Shown in pieces: positions 55,757 through 64,000 of a stretch of 64,000 nucleotides of DNA (within the stretch, counting starts at the first letter, position 1; every line of letters starts with the position of its first letter). Made by a program: the position numbers and the translations under genes. The notes under the pieces were generated by a model. It saw nothing but the letters and a program-made list of their open reading frames with translations, was not told the origin of the DNA and made no database searches. The stretch is from positions 412,249-476,248 of the IMG/VR virus record IMGVR_UViG_3300018080_008436. One strand, 5' to 3'.

Positions 55757-56392
55757 CTATTTTACGACTGCTGATGAAATCCTCAGTTCATTACCTTTAT
55801 TATTGATTCTACCCTCTATACTTAGGACTACTTCGTCTGTTGGAAGATTTGCTAATGGCGTAAGAGTTACAATAGAAGGAAGATTATTAGTCTTACCTGT
55901 AGCTTCGACAATTACATCTCCAGTATCTTCTCTTACAATCCTAACATCATATGAATCGTTTGATTTAGTCTGCCATGAAACTAACTTAATTACTGTTGGG
56001 ACTCCAAGCGTATCAATTCCCTCGAATATAAAACTTGCTATAACACTATAGTTTGTTGAAGTTGTTCTGGTGTAAGGTTTTCTCCCAGATGGAAAAATAA
56101 CATTAACATCGGACATTTTTTGCTCAGCAACAACTGATTGGTTCTTAAATAACTGAATTAAACCAGTTTGAGGCGACTTAAGGGTTATTATAAGTTCGTT
56201 CTTTTTATTGCCAGGTGAGGTCATAACACTTTCTATAAGGTCTTCTCTAGATTTCCCATTAAGAATTACTTTTGCTGTTAGATCTTTGTATCCAAGGTTA
56301 TGAGTCACTGTTATAACTGATTCAGGTGATAGAGTTCCTTCCTCTTCATCATATCCAAAGATATGCCTGTATACCAATACATCTTTAGCCAT
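55757..56392 (-). CDS. hypothetical virion (fibre-associated) protein
   Basis: ITVTHNLG motif, typical of phage fibre/baseplate proteins. Confidence 0.6.
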   Translation of the reverse strand: MAKDVLVYRHIFGYDEEEGTLSPESVITVTHNLGYKDLTAKVILNGKSREDLIESVMTSPGNKKNELIITLKSPQTGLIQLFKNQSVVAEQKMSDVNVIFPSGRKPYTRTTSTNYSVIASFIFEGIDTLGVPTVIKLVSWQTKSNDSYDVRIVREDTGDVIVEATGKTNNLPSIVTLTPLANLPTDEVVLSIEGRINNKGNELRISSAVVK

Positions 56393-58698
56393 TACAATTT
56401 ACCTCCATGAGTCCATTTTACTCCACTTAATCCGAGTTCAACCACTCCTATTTGTGAAGAAGACGTTCCTAAATCATCTAACTCAAATCTAATAAAAACC
56501 ATGTCTCCAGGATAATACCCAGATATATAAAATGGGCCAAATTCAACAAACTGAATTTTAGTTGTGTCAACATCGTCAACTTTTACAGAATCTGACTGAG
56601 CGGCAGTTGCCGTTTTTGATTCTGTATTGACTAAAGTCCTTGCAACAGGAGTTATCCCTCCAGATGGATCTGCTTCCAAGACACCTTGCACTTCAACAAC
56701 TTTAAAGCCAATAGTCATATCTATATCTAAGCCAGATCCTGTATTAACAGTATCTAGGAAAGTTAAATCAACAAAAATAGGTAAGCTTGTGTCCATCCCC
56801 TTAGGTATGCTGAATTGATAGTATATTGCATCCCCCGCGTCATTTAACAATGAGTTTGGACATTGATGTGTCCATCCGTCAGGCTCAGTTCCCAAGCCAA
56901 TTGCAGTCGTCCAAGCCGCAACCCCACCAGATTCTCCAAAAACATTCCCAGCGGCGTTTAGAGATACCCTGAATCTAGATCTTCCATGATAAGTGTTCGT
57001 TCCATCTGGATTAGCTTCAAATCTATTGCAACTTAATTTAAATTGTTCGAAAACTGGAGCAGTTGTAACAGCAGTATCAATTCTAATTCTTGTCCAATAT
57101 AGATTTTTACTATCAATTGTTTTCTTTGTCCAGTCAGTACCAGTAACATCTTCAGTTAGTCCAAATCTAATATGTTCACTTGAGTTTGCTCTGATAAATA
57201 CTTCGTCAGCATAATTGTAAAATTCAGATGATTCTGTTGACTGAACTGCGAACTCTGTCCAGGCACTGCCATTCCAATACTCAAAAACAAAACTTTTAGG
57301 AGTTACTTCAACAGCGGCTGTGGTTTGTTTGACTTTTATTCCCCAATGTTTAACCAAATCTGTTGCAGTTTGTCTTTGTGAACCAATTAAAATTGTATGA
57401 TTCGCCGCAGTACCTTGGAATGAAAAAGTACTGCCTGATGAAGAAGACGCATCCTCTGATTCATCTACGAAATTACCACCATCAGTAGTTGATGACGCTG
57501 TGCTGTCTGTAGTTAAAACAACCATTCCTGAGGTATAAGAGTCACCTTCTCCAGCAATAAGTTCAGATCCACGATCTGGTCGTCCAACTGCGAGTTCTCC
57601 AGAGAATTTAAAGCCTTCATCACCTTCAAAATCATCTTGAATAAATACAATTTCATTAGCATATCCTGCTGGAAATTGAGCTAACCCAAAATTAGCGTCC
57701 AAACCAATAATGTGAATCTCCACATCAAGACTTTCTACCAAAAAATCAAGACTTGACGATGTACGGAATTCACACGACGAAATAGTAATCTTACCTGTCC
57801 CATCGGCTCTCATCGCGTTGGTGCAATTTCTTATCGTCATGGAAGATATTATTAACGATGAATCTGTTCCTAAGATATAAACCCCATCAGTTGCTCCATC
57901 AATTTCACCAGCACGAACGGTAAGAGTTGCTCCATCATCACACTTTATCCCTGTAGTAACATTAGTTGACACACACTCAAAAGTTACAAAATCAATTTTT
58001 GATGTAGAACCATTTGCGTGAAAAACATTTGTTATGCTACAAGCAACTGGCACAACAAGGCCAGTACCTCTTATTGTTCCACTATTCGCATAAATAAGGT
58101 TGGTTACTGAACCAACTGGCGCTGTAGTTAAGTTAATAACAACAACGCTTGAACTCGAAGTACATTCAATACCATTCGCACAATTATAAATAACACAGTC
58201 TTTAACTATAGATGACGGAACACCTGGAGTTGCCATTAAGAATGCTGTTCCTGAAGTTGCTCCAGTCAAAGAAAATCCTGCCAAAGTGTTATATCCAGTA
58301 GATGTTACTATTGTATCACTTGCGCTTGATGCTGAAATAGTAGTTGTAAATGGACCAGCTATGGCTCGTATATCAACATAGTTCTTCATTGCTATGGGAG
58401 TTTCTGTGTAAATTCCAGGTGCAACTGCAATTGTATAGCTATTGGTTGGACCATTGTCTGTAATGTTTGATAAGGCCCCATTTATAGTTAAATATGGGCT
58501 ATGTGCATCACCGTCACCTTCTGTATCGCTACCCGTTTTGGATACATATAAAACGTTTGAAAGTGGAACAAGAAGATTTTCTCTTTTGATATATTGTGAT
58601 TCATAACTTCCACCACCAAGGTTTTTTGAAACAGCGACTAAGTCATCTGCTTCTAAAGTGGTCATTTCTGAAAGTTGTGATAATGATTTGTCAGCCAT
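56392..58698 (-). CDS. tail spike/fibre with right-handed beta-helix
   Basis: LYVSKTGSD..GDG..SPYLTI..AL...IAVAPGIYTE cap followed by beta-helix repeats; AGG-N19-GAA at 58729-58753. Confidence 0.7.
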   Translation of the reverse strand: MADKSLSQLSEMTTLEADDLVAVSKNLGGGSYESQYIKRENLLVPLSNVLYVSKTGSDTEGDGDAHSPYLTINGALSNITDNGPTNSYTIAVAPGIYTETPIAMKNYVDIRAIAGPFTTTISASSASDTIVTSTGYNTLAGFSLTGATSGTAFLMATPGVPSSIVKDCVIYNCANGIECTSSSSVVVINLTTAPVGSVTNLIYANSGTIRGTGLVVPVACSITNVFHANGSTSKIDFVTFECVSTNVTTGIKCDDGATLTVRAGEIDGATDGVYILGTDSSLIISSMTIRNCTNAMRADGTGKITISSCEFRTSSSLDFLVESLDVEIHIIGLDANFGLAQFPAGYANEIVFIQDDFEGDEGFKFSGELAVGRPDRGSELIAGEGDSYTSGMVVLTTDSTASSTTDGGNFVDESEDASSSSGSTFSFQGTAANHTILIGSQRQTATDLVKHWGIKVKQTTAAVEVTPKSFVFEYWNGSAWTEFAVQSTESSEFYNYADEVFIRANSSEHIRFGLTEDVTGTDWTKKTIDSKNLYWTRIRIDTAVTTAPVFEQFKLSCNRFEANPDGTNTYHGRSRFRVSLNAAGNVFGESGGVAAWTTAIGLGTEPDGWTHQCPNSLLNDAGDAIYYQFSIPKGMDTSLPIFVDLTFLDTVNTGSGLDIDMTIGFKVVEVQGVLEADPSGGITPVARTLVNTESKTATAAQSDSVKVDDVDTTKIQFVEFGPFYISGYYPGDMVFIRFELDDLGTSSSQIGVVELGLSGVKWTHGGKL

Positions 58699-58751
58699 AA
58701 TTTTTCCTCGGCATTAATTATTTTCTATTTCTATATTTATGTTAAATAATC

Positions 58752-61700
58752 CTATTGGCTTTCGCTAGAACTTTCGCTAAACATTTCAGATGAAGAGGAA
58801 GATGACTCACCTTGAGATGATGTTGATGAGCTTTCGGAGTATAACTCACTAGAGGTACTTGAGCTTTCGGAGTATAACTCACTAGAGGTACTTGAACTTT
58901 CAGAGAATCCTTCAGATGATGTACTTGAACTATCGGTACTTTGTGAGTATTGTTCACTAGATGTACTTGAACTATCAGTACTCTCTGTTAATCTACGGAA
59001 AGTTCCATCCTCCCAAATTGCGTTTCCTAAATCACCATCCCAGACAAAGTTATCTCCATTCTCTAGTATCCATTGTTCGTCATTAATGGATGAAGATGAA
59101 CTTTCTGAACCAGAGCTTGTGGAGAATGGACAACTTTCTTCAACAAATCCAGGGTCGCCAAATCCCCTGCCTTTTGTCCAGACATTACCTTGATTAATTG
59201 GATAAATTTGGTTTGGGTCACTATAGAACATCCAAAGATTTATGTCATTAGTAACTGTATCGTTAACGGCCCAATAAAAATTACCACCTGATTCTCCATA
59301 AAATAGATATAAGTCATTTGTATAACGTTTATATATTGGATACCCATTAAATGTTTGTATAGTTTTGTAATACGGCCCATTAACATCTTGAGCAGGGACA
59401 GAGCTTGAACTTGATTCTGAAGAAAATTGTTCACTTGATGTTGAGGAACTCTGAGAAATACTGCTAGATGATTCAGATTTTGATGAATCGCTTACTGAAC
59501 TTTCAGAAAGTGAGCTTGAACTTTCAGATTGAGAGCTAGAAGACTCACTAGTAAATCCTCCAGAACTTGTACTACTAGAGTCTTTAGAACTTGAACTACT
59601 TTCTCCAACTCCATCAGCAAGGGTTGAAAGTCTAATGGCAGATAAACCAATTTGGCTTGCTACCGTTAAATCTGTTCCACCTGCCTGACCTTGGAGAGAT
59701 GTCCTTAACTCAACTTCCTCCCCCGCTGTCAATTCAAGGACAGTGTGGGCGTTAAAACCACCATTCCAAGTGTCTGCTCCCCCCTGAGAACCACGTTTGT
59801 AATTACCATGACCCCCAATATTACTTTCGACATCATCAACAAACCAATCCGCGCCAAATGTAAGTCTTGTCCCACTAGTTGAAACTGTATCATCTGACAA
59901 TCCATTCCCCATAAACAAATAATCATCAGTAATATTAACTTGAACTTCAGCATTAGAGTTTTGAGTATAGGAGTTTGTGTCAATTTGATCAACATCTCTA
60001 GCAATATTAAGAATGGTACTTGCTCCCACATCCTGTCCACCAGTACTATCATGAGTAATAATGGTTTCTGTATGCCATGGTACTTCCATAATTTCCAGAC
60101 TAGATGAGTTAACAACTCTGGCCATACCTGTTCCATCAATGTCTGCGTTACCTCTTTGGATTTGCAAGATAAGATCTTGATTTGCAGTTGTATTATCGAC
60201 TAGAAAAAGCGCATGAGCCACACCTGGACCTGAACTATTACCTCTTTCATAGACATATGAATAACTACCCTCAATTGCTGTACCACCCAAAGTTGTCCTT
60301 AATATTCTTTGTGTTCTACTAGATCCAGGTCCAAACTTGAAAGAATATTTGACAAGATATTTTGCGACCTTTTTAAGTCGAACGGTTGTTGCATTTTGTT
60401 GTTCGATAACATCTGTGTCAGTTTCGTCTTTAGTATTAAATGTAATGTCCTGCCATACTGTTCCAACGTAAGCTGTAGTATCTATATCGTCAAAGTATTG
60501 TCCATATGCGACTTTGTCTTCACTTGGCAATTTTACCAACATTAATGAAGTTTTAGAGTTCGATAACACATCAGATGCACTTATAAGTACGGGTTGCCAT
60601 TCAACTCGGACATCTTGTCCTCTAACTACATCTATAAAAACCGCTCCAGATGTAAAGCCTTCATCATTCTCATTATTTCTGGCATAGCCATATCCATAAC
60701 CACCATCTTGAACTACACCATTAACCAAAACTCTTGATTGAATTGAATGTCTGCCATCAGATGTTGATGTTGATCTAATCTCATACATGAGTAGGTATTT
60801 ACCATTGCTATCTATAGTGATGTCTGTATTGTTTACGTTTTTGTTATAAATGCTGTCTTCTCTAACAGTGTTATTAAATTGAACTCCTTCCCATACCCCA
60901 ATGTTTCCTATTGTTTGGGTATTATTTGTGTCTTGGTAAATTGCAATAAGTCCAGTATTTTCTACATCAGACTCACTACTGGAACTTGTGATTCCCTCAC
61001 TACTGGAACTATTGGAACTGTCAGAACTAAATTCATCGTTAAGCCATTTATCAGCGAGATATGCTTCTACTTCATATCTCTCTGATGTAGACAGAACCCT
61101 ATCATAGAGAAGTATTTCAGCGACTAAACCTTCAGTATATGAATCATTATTTCTGTTTCTTCCAACAGCATAAAAATCAAACAACGGATTGAAAACGGAA
61201 CCAAGAGTTTGATCTAAGGTTTTCAATCCATTTATATAACCTTTTAAACTATTGGCACCATCAGCAGTAATTGATAAAACGGTTGGCAATCTATTCCCAG
61301 AAGATTGCTCAATGGAATATTCTGTAGCTCCTACTCTAATTCCTAAAGTATCTGATGCATTATAATTGACTTGAAAGGAAGTGTCTGGAGTTTCTGAAGA
61401 ATCATTACAAAACCAACTATCAAATTCAGATTGAGTTTCTGTTGATTTATAAACCAAGAAAAAAGTCATTGGGCCTTGCCAATTAACGATATCTCTGTCT
61501 AAATAATCGTTATCACCATCAAACTCAACAGTGTTCCTTCCATTCATTGAGTTCAAGTTGTAAACTGGTTGATTTGCAGGGGTTGTCTGCTCCACATTAA
61601 GTATATTACCAGATTTGTCAGCCCAAGCAGATACATTACTTCCGTTCAAGGTAATAGTGGATGCATCATCTGCATCTAGCCATAACCTCAATCCATTGGA

Positions 61701-61835
61701 CGGGAGTCCTTCTGATGATGTTGAGCTACTATCTCTGCTTGAACTGGAGCTACTATCTCTACTGGAAGAGCTAGAACTACTGTCTCTGCTTGAGCTTGAG
61801 CTACTATCAAAACTACTTGAACTACTTGAAGCCAT
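58752..61835 (-). CDS. Ser-rich modular fibre protein with LamG/ConA-like domain and repeated beta-sandwich domains
   Basis: LWLDADD...VSAWADKSGN...EILLYDRVLS..ERYEVEAYLADKW; poly-Ser/Glu linkers. Confidence 0.75.
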   Translation of the reverse strand: MASSSSSSFDSSSSSSRDSSSSSSSRDSSSSSSRDSSSTSSEGLPSNGLRLWLDADDASTITLNGSNVSAWADKSGNILNVEQTTPANQPVYNLNSMNGRNTVEFDGDNDYLDRDIVNWQGPMTFFLVYKSTETQSEFDSWFCNDSSETPDTSFQVNYNASDTLGIRVGATEYSIEQSSGNRLPTVLSITADGANSLKGYINGLKTLDQTLGSVFNPLFDFYAVGRNRNNDSYTEGLVAEILLYDRVLSTSERYEVEAYLADKWLNDEFSSDSSNSSSSEGITSSSSESDVENTGLIAIYQDTNNTQTIGNIGVWEGVQFNNTVREDSIYNKNVNNTDITIDSNGKYLLMYEIRSTSTSDGRHSIQSRVLVNGVVQDGGYGYGYARNNENDEGFTSGAVFIDVVRGQDVRVEWQPVLISASDVLSNSKTSLMLVKLPSEDKVAYGQYFDDIDTTAYVGTVWQDITFNTKDETDTDVIEQQNATTVRLKKVAKYLVKYSFKFGPGSSRTQRILRTTLGGTAIEGSYSYVYERGNSSGPGVAHALFLVDNTTANQDLILQIQRGNADIDGTGMARVVNSSSLEIMEVPWHTETIITHDSTGGQDVGASTILNIARDVDQIDTNSYTQNSNAEVQVNITDDYLFMGNGLSDDTVSTSGTRLTFGADWFVDDVESNIGGHGNYKRGSQGGADTWNGGFNAHTVLELTAGEEVELRTSLQGQAGGTDLTVASQIGLSAIRLSTLADGVGESSSSSKDSSSTSSGGFTSESSSSQSESSSSLSESSVSDSSKSESSSSISQSSSTSSEQFSSESSSSSVPAQDVNGPYYKTIQTFNGYPIYKRYTNDLYLFYGESGGNFYWAVNDTVTNDINLWMFYSDPNQIYPINQGNVWTKGRGFGDPGFVEESCPFSTSSGSESSSSSINDEQWILENGDNFVWDGDLGNAIWEDGTFRRLTESTDSSSTSSEQYSQSTDSSSTSSEGFSESSSTSSELYSESSSTSSELYSESSSTSSQGESSSSSSEMFSESSSESQ

Positions 61836-61894
61836 TAAATGTTTCCATTACTATTTTTCGTATTCTATATTATAAATTTTTTTCTATTAATCCC

Positions 61895-64000
61895 TTATCC
61901 AAAACCAAATAAACAGTATTGATCTGGGAATGCCTCTGATGAACTTGAACTTTCGGAGAATCCTTCGCTTGAACTTGAACTTGAACTTTCGGAGAATCCT
62001 TCGCTTGAACTTGAACTTTCTGAAGAAGAGCTTTCTGAAGAAGAGCTTTCAGAGAAACCCTCTGATGAACTGCTACTTGAATCTTTAGAACTACTTGATG
62101 ACGAAATATCAGCTTCAAAACAAGTTGCCATTGCTGACAAACTGATATTAGTACCAGTAACAGTAGTTCCTGTTTCAGTGTACCACCTACCTTTAATGGT
62201 ATAGGTTCCTGCTGGTAATTTATTTTCTGTTCTTACAAAAATTGAGCAACTTCCATCTTCATTAGCTGTTCCATGACTTCTTCTAATCTCACCATAATCA
62301 GTTCCATCAATGTTGATCGTGAAAAGAACATCTCTATTTGCAACATCTGCTGATGTCTGTAATGTCATGCATGCAAAAATGTGGCCCTCTTGATTTAACT
62401 GTAGGGTTATGGAAGATCCATCTATATCCTCTATGGAAGTTGCAGTTGTTGTATCAGAATTAACTATTGTCTGGGATGATGGAAGAAACTCTTCTTGATT
62501 TGTTTCGCATCCGAAGGCCGTAAGCATAAATGGAGCACCAGTGGCAGTAACTGGAGATTCAACACTCCACCTTCCTTTAACTGTTATGTCTCCAGGACCA
62601 AAGTTACTTCCAGTTCTTGAAGCTATACATATAGAAGATCTGTCTCCTGCACTTGAATGGAACCTGGTAATAGGCAACTCTTGACCACCAATGTTCAGGG
62701 CGCAAGTAATGTCTTTGGCGGCTCCACCAGAAATGTATGTGGTTGCAGATAGGAAACCAAAAATTGGATGGTTCGTCTGCATGGTCAAGTCTTGAGTTAA
62801 GCCATCAATATCCTCTAGTGTTGCAGATGTTGTTGTGTCATTTGCAACTGTATCATATATTGATGGGATTTCATTTCCATAACAACTCTGCATAGGAATG
62901 GCGATAACAGTGATGCTAGTTGCAGATAGAGTTCCTCCTTCAGTATACCATCTACCTTTAACTGTGTATGTCCCTGCTGGAAGAGTGCTTGGAGTTCTAT
63001 AAACAACACCAACACTACCATAATCATTTGAACTTGACTGGTATCTAGTAATCACAGGAGAATCTGTTCCATTGATGCTAATGGCGAAATAACCTTCTTG
63101 GTTATTAGTTGTATTGTTGCTTGATAACGACATGAATCCCATTATGTGGGCATCGTCAACCAATATAACGTCAACGCTTGCTCCATCGATATCCTCAAGA
63201 GCGGTTGTATTGGTTGTGGAGTCAGATGCAACAACTGCTCTTTCAACAAACATGCAATTAAGACATTCCAAGCTTGAAGAGCTACTTGATGAACTGCTAA
63301 ATCCTTCACTACTTGAGCTTGAAGGAGAAGATTCAGAAATACTTGACGATGACTCAGACAGAGATGAAGACGATTCGGACTGAGAACTCTCTGAGAAAGA
63401 ACTCTCAGATTGACTACTGCTGGATTCTGATGTACTACTTGAGCTAGATGATTCTGAGCTTATACTTTCAGTAAACTCATCGCAGTGTCTGTACCTAAAA
63501 TGAACGTTCTCTGTAGAACTACTTGATGAGTTACTACTTGATGATTCACTCTGCGAACTTGAACTTTCTGAGAATCCTTCGGATGAACTGCTTGAAGGAG
63601 AGGATTCCGACTGACTAGATGATGATTCTGATTGAGAACTACTAGACTCACTTTGTGATGACGAACTCTCTGACTGAGAAGATTCACTTTGAGAACTAGA
63701 ACTCTCTGACTGCGAAGAACTGGATTCAGATTGAGATGAATCGGACTGACTACTTGAGCTTTCAGACTGACTACTTGAGCTTTCAGATTGAGATGAATCG
63801 GACTGACTAGATGAACTTTCAGATTGACTACTTTCACTTTGTGAACTGCTTGACTCTGATTGACTACTTTCAGACTGAGATGATTCACTTTGAGATGATT
63901 CCGATTGACTACTTATACTTTCGGTAAATAAATCGCATAACAAATATTTGTAATGAACGTTTTCTGTTGAACTACTTGATGATTCACTACTTGAGCTTTC
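61895..64000 (-). CDS. Ser-rich modular fibre protein, start lies beyond the window edge
   Basis: Frame stays open from 63943 to 64000; (SQSESSS)n tracts; three repeats of TT.T..EDIDG...T.KGRW domains. Confidence 0.75.
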   Translation of the reverse strand, partial: ESSSSESSSSSTENVHYKYLLCDLFTESISSQSESSQSESSQSESSQSESSSSQSESSQSESSSSQSDSSQSESSSSQSESSSSQSDSSQSESSSSQSESSSSQSESSQSESSSSQSESSSSQSESSSSQSESSPSSSSSEGFSESSSSQSESSSSNSSSSSTENVHFRYRHCDEFTESISSESSSSSSTSESSSSQSESSFSESSQSESSSSLSESSSSISESSPSSSSSEGFSSSSSSSSSLECLNCMFVERAVVASDSTTNTTALEDIDGASVDVILVDDAHIMGFMSLSSNNTTNNQEGYFAISINGTDSPVITRYQSSSNDYGSVGVVYRTPSTLPAGTYTVKGRWYTEGGTLSATSITVIAIPMQSCYGNEIPSIYDTVANDTTTSATLEDIDGLTQDLTMQTNHPIFGFLSATTYISGGAAKDITCALNIGGQELPITRFHSSAGDRSSICIASRTGSNFGPGDITVKGRWSVESPVTATGAPFMLTAFGCETNQEEFLPSSQTIVNSDTTTATSIEDIDGSSITLQLNQEGHIFACMTLQTSADVANRDVLFTINIDGTDYGEIRRSHGTANEDGSCSIFVRTENKLPAGTYTIKGRWYTETGTTVTGTNISLSAMATCFEADISSSSSSKDSSSSSSEGFSESSSSESSSSESSSSSEGFSESSSSSSSEGFSESSSSSEAFPDQYCLFGFG

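Noticed and set aside
61840-61900. AGG-N19-GAA promoter upstream of the 1027-aa fibre gene
   Set aside because: AGG and GAA are present but not at 18-19-nt spacing, so it was not counted.
1-64000. tRNA or rRNA genes (expected given the CCA enzyme)
   Set aside because: No cloverleaf or T-loop signature was recognised by eye in intergenic gaps; tRNAscan-SE/ARAGORN would be needed to exclude them firmly.
58752-64000. Diversity-generating retroelement target repeats in the fibre genes
   Set aside because: The repeats are low-complexity Ser codons; no reverse transcriptase or adenine-specific TR/VR pair is visible.

Overview
64 kb segment of a large, AT-rich tailed dsDNA phage (Caudoviricetes; genetic code 11 fits). 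Most genes lie on the minus strand. It holds a dispersed head module (terminase large subunit 40201-42036, portal 23946-26168, prohead protease/scaffold 14371-19940 split by a -1 frame break, putative decoration protein, HK97-fold major capsid protein 12036-12899) and Ser-rich fibre/spike proteins at the right end. Other genes encode an intein-containing class II ribonucleotide reductase, a CCA-adding enzyme, a T4-type lysozyme, ClpP, a VWA protein and AAA/ABC ATPases. The main unexplained structure is a candidate virion-cargo code. (1) About a dozen unrelated proteins start with MK[IL][IVM][KR]x[AS], three start with a WY-type leader, and three share a ~30-aa N-terminal module. (2) The same [KR]x[AS]/KTAS/KxAQ motif is dense in scaffold and head proteins and sits at domain junctions of multidomain enzymes, which suggests prohead-protease cleavage. 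(3) A bipartite AGG-N19-GAA motif lies upstream of 17 mostly virion-type genes (18 sites). Also seen: two candidate -1 frameshifts, a portal-endonuclease fusion, a sigma54-type promoter on an EF-hand gene, and a four-copy palindromic iteron/operator array. All family calls come from motif recognition by eye; no database searches were run.
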